Positions 40,365-51,702 are shown, counted from the first letter of the stretch. The stretch: DNA of 64,000 bases from an uncultured Chloroflexia bacterium (GCA_963765765.1 CAVXYC010000027.1:128001-192000); one strand, 5' to 3'. The notes: generated by a model not told the origin, from the letters alone. Program-made: numbers and translations.

Positions 40365-42660
40365 ATGACGGCTGGCGCTGTAGGCGACCAGATCATTGGG
40401 TCCCGAGTACGCCGCGTGGACGCCGCGGAGAAGCTCACCGGACTCTCCCGATTCTCCGCGGATCTCAATCTTCCGGGTATGCTCTTCGCTCGATTGGCAT
40501 TGAGCCCGTACGCACACGCACGCATCAACGGCTTCGATACCAGTGAGACGCTCGCCCTGCCCGGGCGTTGTGGCAGTAGTCACCGCGGAGGACCTGGAAG
40601 CCGTTATCAAGGTGGAGCCGAGCTCTCGCGCTCGGGCCATGCTGGCTCACGGAGAGGCGCGCTACTGCGGCGAGCCGGTCGCTGTCGTCCTTGCCGAAAG
40701 TGAAGCCGCTGCCGAAGATGGGGTTACGCGCCTGATCGTCGATTACGAGGAGCTTCCGGCGATCATCGATCCAATCCAGGCCCTGGATCCGAGTTCCCCG
40801 ATGGTCTGGCCCGATGGCTTCCTGGAGGACGAGGGAGAAGGCGCGGCGCACGGCCTCGCAGGCGGTGGGCCTAGCGCGGACGCAAAAGCGACGAATATCT
40901 CGTCAACCGCGAATATGGATCGCGGGGACGTGGACGCCGGGTTTGCCGAGGCAGACGTCACAGTTGAGCGGACCTATCGCATCCCAATCGTTCACCAGGG
41001 CTATATCGAGCCGCATGCGTCGGTCGCAGCCGTCGATTCCACGGGTCGAATCACCGTCTGGACAATGACGCAGGGCATCTGGCGCGTCATGGAAGAGACG
41101 GCCGCTACGCTCGGACTTGCAAGTCACCAGCTCAAGGTTGTCCCGATGCCGGTGGGCGGTGGATTCGGTGGGAAAACGGTCTTGCTGGAGCCGTTGGCAG
41201 CGGCTCTCGCAATGACACAGAAGCGACCAGTCCAGGTAGCTCTGACACGGATTGATGAGTTTCTGACGACCACGCCATCGCCACAAGCCGTCATCAAGGT
41301 GAAGCTTGGCGCCAAGAAAGATGGCACCCTTACGGCCCTGGACTCTGAGGTCGTCTTCGACGCAGGAATGTTCCCCGGGTCACCCATGGCCAATGGATGC
41401 TTGATGGTTGGCGCCTATTACCAGGTACCCAATCTTCGTATTCGCGGCTTTGAAGTGGTGACGAACAAGTCGCCGCAAGGCGCCTACCGTGCACCTGGAG
41501 CGGTGCAGGGTACGTATGCCATCGAGTCAGCCATTGAAGAGCTCGCACGAAAGCTTGATGTCGACCCTATCGGAATCCGGCTCAAGAACGTTTCGATGCC
41601 CGGTGACCCTTTGCCAAATGGTGCCAAGTGGGCACACATGGGCCTGAAGCAGGTGCTGGAGGCGCTCCAGGAGCATCCCGCCTGGAAGAATCGGACCAAA
41701 GAGCCCAACGTGGGCTATGGAGTAGCCGTGGGCGGATGGATGGGCGGCGCCGGCCCTGGGGCGGCAACGACGCGGCTCGAATCCGATGGGACGCTCTCGG
41801 TAATCGTGGGCTCGGTCGATATTTCGGGGACCAATACCGGCATTGCGCTTATCGCCGCCGAGGCCTTCGGCATTCCGTTTGAAAAGGTTCGCGTCGTGAA
41901 CGCGGATTCCGACACGGCCCCATTCTCAGGCATGGCGGGCGGTAGCAAAATCACGCTGACAATCGGTTCGGCGGTCTCGGACGCCTCTGCTGATGCGCGC
42001 CGGCAAGTATTGGCCATTGCTGCCGATCAATTAGAAGCGTCGCCCGAAGACCTGAACATCGTGAACGATCACGTCGAAGTTCGCGGAGCACCGGAGCGCA
42101 CGATCAGCCTCAGCAAACTGGCCAGCATGACAATGTCCATGTCGGCCAAATACCCACCCGTGCAAGGCCGAGGTACCGTCGCAATTACCGCCCGAAACCC
42201 AGGGATCGCCGCTCATCTGGCCACGGTGCGCGTGGACCCAGATACCAGGGTTCCGCGTGTCATCAGTTACGTCGCTGTCCAGGACGTTGGCAAGATCATC
42301 AACCCCTCGGGAATCGAGGACCAGATTCACGGTGGTGTGGCGCAAGGTATCGGCCGCGCTCTCTATGAGGACATGGTGTACGACGAAGATGGCCGGTTAC
42401 TCGCCGGCAGTCTGCTCGACTACACTCTGCCGAACTCGCACCAGATTCCCAACATCGATGTCGTCATGGTCGAGAACCCCGGTCAGGCGGCAGGAGTGGC
42501 ATTTGGTCTGCGGGGTGTGGGCGAGCCGCCCATCGTGCCGGTAGCAGCCGCAGTAGCAAACGCCGTGGCTGACGCATCCGGCTTCCGCGTCACCGAGCTA
42601 CCCGTAACGGCCGAGCGTGTGTTCAGAGCTTCTGAAGACGGAGTGCGCGAGGCCCAATAG
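40365..42660 (+). CDS. Xanthine dehydrogenase-family molybdopterin-binding subunit, apparent frameshift near 40560
   Basis: IGSRVRRVDA.EK.TG, SPYAHARI, VGGGFGGK, GAYRAPG, QIHGGVAQGIG, GVGEPP; AGGAGG RBS. Confidence 0.88.
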
Positions 42661-42678
42661 CGTCTAGTCTAGTTCCTG

Positions 42679-42730
42679 GCCTGGATGAGGGTGAGGAAGT
42701 GATTGATTGCTCACTCACCATCATCCAGGC
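42679..42730. terminator. Hairpin between convergent genes
   Basis: GCCTGGATGA..GGTGAG / CTCACC..TCATCCAGGC. Confidence 0.5.
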
Positions 42731-42731
42731 A

Positions 42732-44211
42732 TCAAGCGTTTGCGGCTTTCAGCTCGCCGCTCCGACGTGGTCGCCAGGAAACTGCTCGCCTTATCACATC
42801 GTCCACCAACGGGCTTGCCCCAATGGTGAACACCAATAGGGGGAGCAACCGCGTTCCAAAGCGAACCGCGGTCTCCTCACGCAGGGCCAGATCCGTGCGA
42901 CCTGCCAGCAGGAAAGCGTAAAGAGCGATCACGTAGACCGTCGCGTTCATGAGTAGAGCCGCTGAGAGATACAGGCTCGGTGGGCGATCTGGCAGCCCGA
43001 GCGGTATGAGAAGGATCGCCAGGAGCATCACGTAGCCGTAGGTCTGGTTGTACTCGGGAAAAACAAAGCTCACGACCCTGACGAGCGTATTCAGATCAAT
43101 CGATCCGCGAGAGATCGCGGCGAAGACCATTTCCCCGAAGCCGCCGCCAAGATACGTGTCCCGACTGAGAGCGGCTCCCCAAAACATGCTCTTGAAGATC
43201 ACCCAAGGCGAAAAGGCGATGACGAGGCCAGCAACGGCGACGATCATCATCGTCGCGGCCTTCCATTGCCGGATCGTTAAGAGCGCAACGACGCCGAACA
43301 ATCCCAGGTTCATCAGCCCGAAGCTCAGTCCGTCGGGTCTCACAAGACCGGCCACGCCAAGAAGCAGCCCGGCGACCAGCGATAGCTGCACATCGCGGCG
43401 CTTCAATGCTGAAGCCGCGGTGAGCACCCCCAACCCGCCATAGGTTATGAGCGGAAAGTCGATGAGTGATTCCGTGCCACCCCAGAACATGAGAAGGCCT
43501 GCAATGAGCGTGAACAAGACACTCGTCGTAGCGGAGGCGAAGTCGCGAAGGCGGGCATGAAAGAGCGCTAGGAACGAAGCGAACATCGCCCAGCTCACGA
43601 GATGGTTGGGCGATGGATCGTCCGATCCGGTGAGCTCGTACAACCACGTCCGGCTCGAGGGGTACGAATGGGGGATATGTGCGAACGTCCTGCGTCAGCA
43701 TGCCCGACTCTCGCGTCACGCCGCCTTCATGGAAGAAGATCTTTGCCGCCAACATATGATGGCTGAGCTCATCCCAGCGCAACGTGGGTTGATACGTCGC
43801 GACGGCAAGATTCACCACCACAACAATTCCAATCGCGACCTTGAGCAGCCGGCTTAGTACAACGGAGCACAGCGATTGGTCGGCACTCGATGGGGGTGGC
43901 TCAGGCGAAGGCATCGACTCCGGGTGTGCGCCCTGCTGTTTCCTTCGCAGGATCACCAGGGGAACGATCGGCGCGCAAGCAATGAGAGCCGAGATGACAA
44001 ATAGCGGTGCCCGAGCGTAGCGCTGCCCGCTAAGCTGCCAACCGAGCATTGTCGCCACAATGAGAGCCAATCCCAGGAGATAGCCAAGGGCCAGCCGCTC
44101 TATTAGACGCGATCTCGGACGAATCAGTGTTGCCCAACCGAACCCGACGATGGCTGTCCAGCCAACCACCAACATGGCCAGCGTCCAGCTTCCGATTACC
44201 GAGCCGCTCAC
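42732..44211 (-). CDS. Multi-TM GT-C-like glycosyltransferase, apparent frameshift near 43650
   Basis: ERLALGYLLG, WDELSHH..AAKIFF, YPPFVP, VRPDG, many TM helices across two frames. Confidence 0.6.
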
Positions 44212-45218
44212 CGGGTTCCATCCTCACGACTAATCTCAATGAGCCCCGTGTCCGGATACACAGCGTCCACGCCTGGGGTGAACAGCAAACGAGCTTCGAA
44301 CCGAATTCGGCCCGGAAGTACCCCGCCCTTCCCTGCATCTGCGCTCTCCTGGAACCGACGGACGACATCCTGGATCCGCAGCGTGTGGAGCTTCTCCTCA
44401 CGATCCGCGAATAGCGGCTCAGCAATGAGCGCGGACGCTCCCGACTGGGCCGGCTCGAGTGTAAGAAGCACCCCCGGATCGCGCAACGTGTAGTCGAGCT
44501 CCATATCGATTCGTTGACCCACTCGAGCCTCCAAATCGATCGGCATGCGCCAGACATCGAATTCCGTGGGCTCTCGATACTGAAAATCGAAGACCTCGCC
44601 CACGCCGTACGGACCGTCGACTACTTCATGAGCGCGCGACGTGCGCGTAGCCCGCCCCCCCGTGCGCCGCGCCATCTGCGAGGTCGCATTGGCGTATTCT
44701 ACGGACGCTGTCACAACACCATGCTCGTCCAGCACACGCAGGCCGTAGATCGTCAGGCGAACGTCACGATTCCCCTTGAGAGGTTGCACTGTCTCGTCTG
44801 AGATCCGTCCCGATGCAAATGTGCTCCGCGAGCCGGGAACCAAGAATGACGGCGCGCCATCGGCGGTCACCACATGTGTCGCTCTGGAGCTTGGTGTGAT
44901 GAAGTCAGCCGACATGACCGTTCGTGGGTAGAGAAAGTACCCGGCCAATGAGCGGCGCTCGATGAAGAAGCCAGTCCTTCCTCCCGTGGGGAACATGATG
45001 ACGGCATCCTCGGGGGTGCGTGCATCAATGAATCGCATGAAGCGCGAGAACTCATTCCAGCGGTAATCCACCCTGGCGTCATACGACTGGAACGGATTCG
45101 CCACCATGCGCTGGATGGTCGGGAGGTTCTCTCCAAGAAAGGACCTCACCGAGGCTCCCAGGAGCAGCACGATCAGGAAGCCAGCCGACGCGAGACGGGC
45201 TCGGCGAAGAAGAGTCAC
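44208..45218 (-). CDS. Hypothetical membrane-anchored protein
   Basis: N-terminal TM; FI...TPEDAVI and YFLYPR; GTGA overlap with the next gene. Confidence 0.65.
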   Translation of the reverse strand: MTLLRRARLASAGFLIVLLLGASVRSFLGENLPTIQRMVANPFQSYDARVDYRWNEFSRFMRFIDARTPEDAVIMFPTGGRTGFFIERRSLAGYFLYPRTVMSADFITPSSRATHVVTADGAPSFLVPGSRSTFASGRISDETVQPLKGNRDVRLTIYGLRVLDEHGVVTASVEYANATSQMARRTGGRATRTSRAHEVVDGPYGVGEVFDFQYREPTEFDVWRMPIDLEARVGQRIDMELDYTLRDPGVLLTLEPAQSGASALIAEPLFADREEKLHTLRIQDVVRRFQESADAGKGGVLPGRIRFEARLLFTPGVDAVYPDTGLIEISREDGTR

Positions 45219-45268
45219 GATTGCTGCAACGCTCCTGAGTCCGTCAGTCCTCGAATTAGTGTAGACAG

Positions 45269-45304
45269 TCCGGTGGGACAGGCGTCTCTCCCTGTCCCAC
45301 CGGA
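45269..45304. repeat. Perfect 14-bp inverted repeat (REP-like hairpin)
   Basis: TCCGGTGGGACAGG-CGTCTCTC-CCTGTCCCACCGGA; a second hairpin lies at 45330..45358. Confidence 0.55.
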
Positions 45305-45402
45305 ATCCCTCAGCGTCACCGATATGAAAGACCTCCTCTCAATCGCTGAAAGGAGGTCGCTATCGAAAAACCTTCGATCAACTGGGCCAGACTGACCGAA
45401 GC

Positions 45403-48119
45403 CTACGCCTGCGTGAGCTGCCGAAGCACGTACTGAAGGATTCCGCCGTGTCGGTAGTACTCAATATCGATGGGACTATCGAGGCGCGCATCCGCTTTGA
45501 ACACGATTTCCGAACCGTCAGGGCGCCGAGCGCGAACAGTGAGAATCTTTCGAACGGTGAGTCCTTCGGCAATGCCTTCGATATCGAAGACCTCGTCGCC
45601 GTTGATCCCCAACGTCGTCCGATTCTCTCCTGGCATAAATTGAAGCGGCAGAATGCCCATGCCGACGAGATTACTGCGATGGATTCGCTCGTAACTCTCC
45701 GCGATAGCGACACGAATGCCCTGGAGCATAGGACCCTTGGCTGCCCAGTCGCGTGAGCTGCCCGAGCCATACTCCTGGCCGGCGATCACAACCAACGGAA
45801 CTCCGTCAGCCTGATACTTCATCGCGGCGTCGTAAATGCTCATCACCTCGCCGGTAGGCAGATACGTGGTGACGCCGCCCTCTGTGCCAGGAGCAAGTTG
45901 ATTGCGAAGCCGAACGTTGGCAAACGTCCCGCGAACCATCACCTCGTGATTGCCTCTCCGCGCCCCGTAGGTGTTGAAGTCCACTGGCTTCGTACCGTGC
46001 TCCATCAAGTAGCGACCAGCCGGCCCATCCGTTTTGATAGAACCCGCTGGGGAGATGTGGTCAGTCGTGATCGAATCTCCGAGTACCGCCAACAGCCGAC
46101 CGCCTCGAATATCTTTCAGCTCACCTGGTTCGGGGGTCAGATTGTCGAAGTAATTCGGTTCACGCACGTACGTTGAGTCTTCGTCAAAGCTGTAGAGGTC
46201 ACCTTCGGGCACAGGAAGTCCCTGCCAGACGGCATCGCCCTGGAAGACGTTTGAGTAGCGCGCCTTGAAGATCTCCGGGGAGATACTTCGCTCCATCGCT
46301 TCTCTGACTTCTTCTTGAGAAGGCCAGATATCGCGAAGGTACACGTCTTCGCCATTCTTCCCGGTGCCGATTGGCTCAGTGGTGAGATCGATGTCCACCG
46401 TGCCGGCGAGGGCGTACGCAACGACGAGTGGCGGTGAAGCTAGGTAGGACATCTTGACGACCGGATTGATGCGGCCCTCAAAATTCCGGTTCCCACTGAG
46501 AACCGAGGACATGACGATGTCATGCTCTTCACTCGCAAGAGCAATCGGGTCCAACACGGAGCCACTGTTGCCGATACAGGTGGTGCAGCCATAGCCGACC
46601 AGGTTGAATCGGAGCTTATCGAGATATTCCCAGAGTCCGGCCTTCTCGAGATAGTCGGTGACAACCGTGGAGCCCGGCGCCAGGCTGGTCTTTACCCAGG
46701 GCTTAGATTCCAGGCCGCGCTCAACGGCATTCTTCGCTAGGAGCCCGGCACCGACCATCACCGATGGATTAGTGGTGTTGGTACAACTCGTAATGGCGGC
46801 GATGGAGACCGCGCCATCGCCGATCTCCACCTGCTGACCTTCGATCGTTACCAGGGCCTTACGCGCCGTTACCTTCTCGGCGACAGCGGTGCCGCCGCCG
46901 CTGCTAGGAGTCGAGATGAACGTCGGTAGCACCGCGTCAAATCCGGCTTTCATGTCCGTCAGCGCCACACGATCCTGCGGGCGCCGGGGACCTGCCAGGC
47001 TAGACTCAACAGTACTGAGATCCATCTCCAACACTTCGCTGAAGATCGGTTCTGGTGAGGACGCCTCGCGGAAGAGTCCCTGCTCCTTGGTGTATCGCTC
47101 AACTAGATCAATCTGCTCAGGACTCCGACCGGAAAGAACCATATAGCGAAGGGTCTCGTCATCCACGGGGAAGAAGCCGCATGTTGCACCGTATTCAGGC
47201 GACATGTTGGCGATCGTGGCTCGGTCGAAGAGACTCAAATTATTCAAGCCCGGCCCGGAGTACTCGACGAACTTGCTAACCACACCGTGCTTACGCAGCA
47301 TCTGGGTGATTGTAAGGACGGCGTCGGTGGCCGTGGTGCCTTCTCGGAGCTGGCCGGTGAGACGGACACCTACGACTTGCGGCGCCAGCATGTAGAAGGG
47401 CTGGCTTAACATGACGGCCTCTGCCTCAATGCCGCCCACGCCCCACCCGAGTACGCCAAGACCATTGACCATCGTGGTGTGAGAGTCGGTTCCTACCACG
47501 GTGTCCGGATAGGCTTCCCGACCGCCGTTACCGCGCGCGTCTGGACGACGCTTGCCAGGTACTCGATATTGACCTGGTGAATGATGCCAGTACCCGGAGG
47601 CACCACCTGGAAATTCTTGAATGCCGTTTGCGCCCAGCGGAGGAACGCATAGCGCTCGCCGTTTCGCTCGTACTCTTTTTTGACGTTGAGTTCGAAGGCG
47701 TCATCGATGCCGTAGTAGTCGACCTGTACTGAGTGATCGATAACAAGATCCACGGGAACGGTTGGATTGATCTTCTGAGGGTCGCCACCCATCCGTTTGA
47801 CTGCGGAGCGCATGGCAGCGAGGTCTACGACACAGGGGATGCCGGTGAAATCCTGAAGGAGTGCGCGAGCGGGGCGGAATGGAAGCTCTTGTTCGGCAAC
47901 GCTCTTTGCGTTCCAGCGGGCCAGGTTCACTACGTCATCCTCGTTGACCAGGAAGCCGTCACAGTGCCGCAGCAGGTTCTCAAGCAATACCTTTATTGAA
48001 TACGGAAGTCGGCTCAGGTCGGCTTTATCCGAAAGCGCACCAAGCCGATAGATCGTGTAGGCCCCACCGCGCGTCTGAAGCGTCGTTCGGGCGCCAAATG
48101 GATTTGTCTCACCTGCCAT
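45403..48119 (-). CDS. acnA: Aconitate hydratase A, apparent frameshift near 47535
   Basis: LQDFTG, DLVIDHSVQVD, GTDSHTTM, AAITSCTNT, GYGCTTCIGNSG, GSGSSRDWAAKG. Confidence 0.95.
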
Positions 48120-48131
48120 CAGGAGCTCCCC

Positions 48132-49235
48132 TCACACATCGATGCTCGCTATTGTACTTCGTTCTCTGGGCGCCAGTTCACCCGAGGATCGTAGGTCCGC
48201 GAGCGCCGCCACAAGCCGACGATTCTCACCCGGCCGACGTACTGCGATCCGGATGTATTCCGGCAATCCGAACGATTGGCAGTCGCGCACCAGCAAGGCG
48301 CGCCTGGCCAGGCTCAGCCGAACGTGTCGAGCGGAGCCGACATTTACGATCACGTAGTTGGCTTCGCCCGCCGAAACGTCCCAATGGCCGTTTTCGAGCG
48401 CTCGCACCAGTCCTGACTTCGCTTCTCGCACCTTCCTTAATGTTACGTCAAGATATGCTGAATCTTGCAGCGCGGCGATCCCTGCAGCCTGAGCGAGTCC
48501 ATTGACGCTCCATGGGGGGAGCTGGCAGCGGATCTGCGAGGTCAGGCTCGGGTGCCCAACGGCATATCCAAGGCGGAGCGCCGTGAGTCCGTAATCCTTG
48601 GTCATGGAGCGGACAATCAGAAGATTGCGTTGCTCATCTAGCAGTGATAGTGCTGATGGCGCGCCGCTCACGAACTGGATGTATGCCTCATCAAGGACGA
48701 CCACTCCGGACATCGCGCCCAGCGCCTGCTTTAGCCGGTCTGAAGGAATGAGCTCACCGGTCGGATTGTTTGGGTGACAGAGGAAGAGCAGCGACAGCTC
48801 CGCAAGGTCACTCATGGCGTCGTCGTCCTTTAGACCGATGGCGTGCACGGCCGCGCCGTTGGATCGAGCGGCGGCCTCATATTCGCCAAACGTCGGCGGG
48901 CAGTGACCCACACGGCTGCCCGGAGTAGCCCACGCTCTGGCGGCTGCGTAGATCAGCTCAGTGGCGCCATTGCCGGGGACGATCCAATCGGTTGGAAGAC
49001 CGTGGTGGGCACTCAACGTTTCCACGAGGTCAGTACACTCAACGTCCGGGTACCGATCCAGCCGAACTTCGTGCAACACCTTGCGAACCCGTGGGCTTGG
49101 TCCATAGGGGTTCACGCTGGCGCTGAAATCGATCACGTCATCTGGCGTAAGGCCCAAGGCACGCAGGTCGGCAGTGCGGACGCCACCATGCGCTTCACCG
49201 GCCGCGATGTGCGGATCAGCGGGCTTCGGAGACAT
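48132..49235 (-). CDS. PLP-dependent CobD/HisC-family enzyme (threonine-phosphate decarboxylase-like)
   Basis: HGG, DFSASVNPYG, YPD, GNGATE, PNNPTG, DEAY, RSMTKDYGL..LRLGY. Confidence 0.8.
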   Translation of the reverse strand: MSPKPADPHIAAGEAHGGVRTADLRALGLTPDDVIDFSASVNPYGPSPRVRKVLHEVRLDRYPDVECTDLVETLSAHHGLPTDWIVPGNGATELIYAAARAWATPGSRVGHCPPTFGEYEAAARSNGAAVHAIGLKDDDAMSDLAELSLLFLCHPNNPTGELIPSDRLKQALGAMSGVVVLDEAYIQFVSGAPSALSLLDEQRNLLIVRSMTKDYGLTALRLGYAVGHPSLTSQIRCQLPPWSVNGLAQAAGIAALQDSAYLDVTLRKVREAKSGLVRALENGHWDVSAGEANYVIVNVGSARHVRLSLARRALLVRDCQSFGLPEYIRIAVRRPGENRRLVAALADLRSSGELAPRERSTIASIDV

Positions 49236-49335
49236 GCACTCGCGAACCTGCCGGCCCATTTGCTATTGTGATCAGCGGCGATTTCACGCCGGGCATGATC
49301 GAGATCGCAGCGATCACGAGAGGAGCCTTCTCCGA

Positions 49336-51180
49336 GTGAAAATCATTCTTTGCACAAAACAGGTCCCGAACGTTGAGTCGGTGGGCTTTAACGAAGAGAC
49401 TCGGACCATCGTCCGAGAAGGCGTGATGAACGAGATAAACCCGTACGATCGTCGAGCCCTGGGCATGGCCGCCGAGCTCAAGAAGAAGTTCGGCGGAGAA
49501 ATCGTCGCGGTTACGATGGGCCCACCGCAAGCCATTGACGTTCTTCACGAGTGCATGGCCGTTGGCGCGGATCGCGGGGTTCACCTATGTCATCCTGCCT
49601 TTGCCGGCTCGGACACGCTGGCAACGGCGCGGGCATTGGCAGCCTTCATTAAGAAGGAAGAGCCTGACCTCGTCTTCTGTGGAAAGTACAGCGTCGACGC
49701 TGAGACGGGCCAGGTCGGTCCCGAGCTTGCCGAGCTACTTGGAATTCCCCAGGTGACGGGCGCCACCAGCCTGGAGTTCGACGAGGCCGGCAAGAGGGCC
49801 ACGGTTGGTCGGGAGACGGATGAGGGCATCGAAACTGTTGAGGTCAACTTGCCCGTCCTGCTCACCGCCGCCGAGCGACTCATCCGCCCCCCACGCGTTA
49901 CGCCGGATGACATCGATCGCGTGAAAGACTTACCGGTGGAGCGTCTCACTCCTGCCGATCTCGGCCTCTCTCCTGAGGAAGTGGGATTCAAAGGGTCCCC
50001 CACCTGGGTGGCAGAAATCTATTCGGTGAAGCCCAACCGGCAGGGTAAGAAGATCGATGGTGAGGATGCCGAGAGTGCGAGTAAGGAGATCGTCGATCTC
50101 ATGCTTGCTCGAGGGCTCTTTGGCACCTGGGTTGGGGAGTCAGCTCCCCAACCCGTCCCCGCCAACTCCGCATCGGCCGACCCCAGTAAGAGCGTTTGGG
50201 TCGCGGCGGATATCGTGAACGACACGGTCAGCCCAGTCACGCTGGAGTTATTGGGCGGAGCTGTCGAGGTGGCAGGGAAGATCGGCGGTCAAGTCGCCGC
50301 GCTTCTCATCGGGAATGATGTCGCTAAATACGTCGACACACTCGCTGCATTTGGCGCATCTACGGTCTACCTGGCCGAAAGCTCGCGACTGGAATCGTAC
50401 GACACCGAGGCTCACACGGAGATTGTTTCGCGAGCGATCGAGACGCACAAACCGTGGGCGCTGCTGATCTCGGCTCACAGCAATGGTCGCGATTACGCTC
50501 CCCGCGTGGCAGCCAGGCTAGGTCTCGGCCTGACCGGTGACGCCGTAGGCCTGGACCTGGATGCCGAAGGGCGACTCCTGCAGCTCAAACCCGCGTTCGG
50601 CGGGACAATTGTGGCGCCCATCATTTCAAACACCTTCCCGCAAATGGCCACCGTGCGAGGTGGCATGCTGGATCCGAGGATCCCCGACGAGAATCGAGCG
50701 GCGGTCATTGTGAATCTGCCGGTCGACAACCTCCCGGATGCCCGCACTCAAGTGGTCGGTCGAGACGTGGAGGCCGGTGCCGCGGGTCTGGCATTGGACA
50801 CCGCCGATGTCGTGGTCTGCGCAGGCAATGGTCTTGGAGACCCATCGAACCTGCACTACGTGGATGAGCTGGCGCTGGTTCTGGACGGTGCCGTCGGAGC
50901 AACGCGACGCGTCGTCGACGCGGGCTGGCTGCCACGGCAGCAGCAGGTCGGGCTCACGGGCAAGGTCCTCGCACCGAAGCTCTACGTCGGCGTGGGCGTA
51001 CGAGGTGTGTTCAATCACACTATCGGTATCCAGCGAGCCGGCCTGGTGGTGTCCATCAACACCGACCCCGAGGCTCCCATCGTGGAGCACTCGGACTACA
51101 CAATCATCGGCGACTATCAAAAGGTCGTGCCGGCGCTGGTCTCAGCGCTCAAGGAAGCGCGGCTGGCGCGTAAGGGCTAA
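49336..51180 (+). CDS. Fused electron transfer flavoprotein beta-alpha
   Basis: KQVP, INPYD, TMGPPQA, DTLATA (beta), then RLGLGLTGD, PQMATVR, GATR, QVGLTGK (alpha); AGGAG RBS, GTG start. Confidence 0.9.
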   Translation: MKIILCTKQVPNVESVGFNEETRTIVREGVMNEINPYDRRALGMAAELKKKFGGEIVAVTMGPPQAIDVLHECMAVGADRGVHLCHPAFAGSDTLATARALAAFIKKEEPDLVFCGKYSVDAETGQVGPELAELLGIPQVTGATSLEFDEAGKRATVGRETDEGIETVEVNLPVLLTAAERLIRPPRVTPDDIDRVKDLPVERLTPADLGLSPEEVGFKGSPTWVAEIYSVKPNRQGKKIDGEDAESASKEIVDLMLARGLFGTWVGESAPQPVPANSASADPSKSVWVAADIVNDTVSPVTLELLGGAVEVAGKIGGQVAALLIGNDVAKYVDTLAAFGASTVYLAESSRLESYDTEAHTEIVSRAIETHKPWALLISAHSNGRDYAPRVAARLGLGLTGDAVGLDLDAEGRLLQLKPAFGGTIVAPIISNTFPQMATVRGGMLDPRIPDENRAAVIVNLPVDNLPDARTQVVGRDVEAGAAGLALDTADVVVCAGNGLGDPSNLHYVDELALVLDGAVGATRRVVDAGWLPRQQQVGLTGKVLAPKLYVGVGVRGVFNHTIGIQRAGLVVSINTDPEAPIVEHSDYTIIGDYQKVVPALVSALKEARLARKG

Positions 51181-51195
51181 GTTGCTAGGCGTGAG

Positions 51196-51230
51196 AAGGT
51201 CCTGCAACAGAAATGTTGCAGGACCTTTTT
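51196..51230 (+). terminator. Intrinsic terminator
   Basis: AAGGTCCTGCAACA/TGTTGCAGGACCTT followed by a T-run. Confidence 0.85.
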
Positions 51231-51500
51231 GTACATTCCGTATGCAGGGGCCGGTCGTAGCCGCTGTAATACCGCAGTAGTGGCGATTCGTGACGGGCAT
51301 GAGCTCGAGAGTTAGTTCGCGAGCACGTGTGCGGAAATCTAGATTGCGCCCATGAGGGAACGCCACTACGTCGAGTCGTCGCCTCCAGACACTAGCTCAT
51401 CGTAGAGGGGACATTCTCCCCCGATTGAGATCCAACTGACGGAGAGATTCATCGAACTAGGCAAGCAGTCCCGCTCCCGAGGACGATCGGGTGAAATGGC

Positions 51501-51548
51501 CACACAGCAAGGAGCCTCGCGATGATTCGCGGGGCTCCTTGCTGTGTG
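51501..51548 (-). terminator. Long hairpin ending the amtB unit
   Basis: CACACAGCAAGGAGCCTCGCGA / TCGCGGGGCTCCTTGCTGTGTG. Confidence 0.65.
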
Positions 51549-51570
51549 CTCGATTATCGAGAGGTCCAGA

Positions 51571-51702
51571 CTAGGCGGCCATTGCCTCCGGCTCAGCCAC
51601 CACAGGGAACATCTCGGCCGTGCCAGGCCGCTCGGGAAGGCCGAACCACATGAGCAACTGTGCAACGAATCCGATGAGTGCAACTGGGATGAGTGCGTCC
51701 AT
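51571..51702 (-). CDS. Small 43-aa single-TM protein downstream of amtB
   Basis: MDALIPVALIGFVAQLLMWFGLPERPGTAEMFPVVAEPEAMAA; GAGAGG RBS. Confidence 0.55.
   Translation of the reverse strand: MDALIPVALIGFVAQLLMWFGLPERPGTAEMFPVVAEPEAMAA

Noticed and set aside
40365-42660. Aerobic CO dehydrogenase CoxL
   Set aside because: Lacks AYxCSFR, and no coxM or coxS is adjacent
47493-47545. Programmed frameshift or split aconitase
   Set aside because: The break falls in a short CG run with no slippery heptamer, and similar breaks occur in many unrelated genes
48132-49235. Cobalamin biosynthesis cluster
   Set aside because: A single CobD/HisC-like gene with no cob neighbours or B12 riboswitch; the CobQ-like gene at 11128 is gatD
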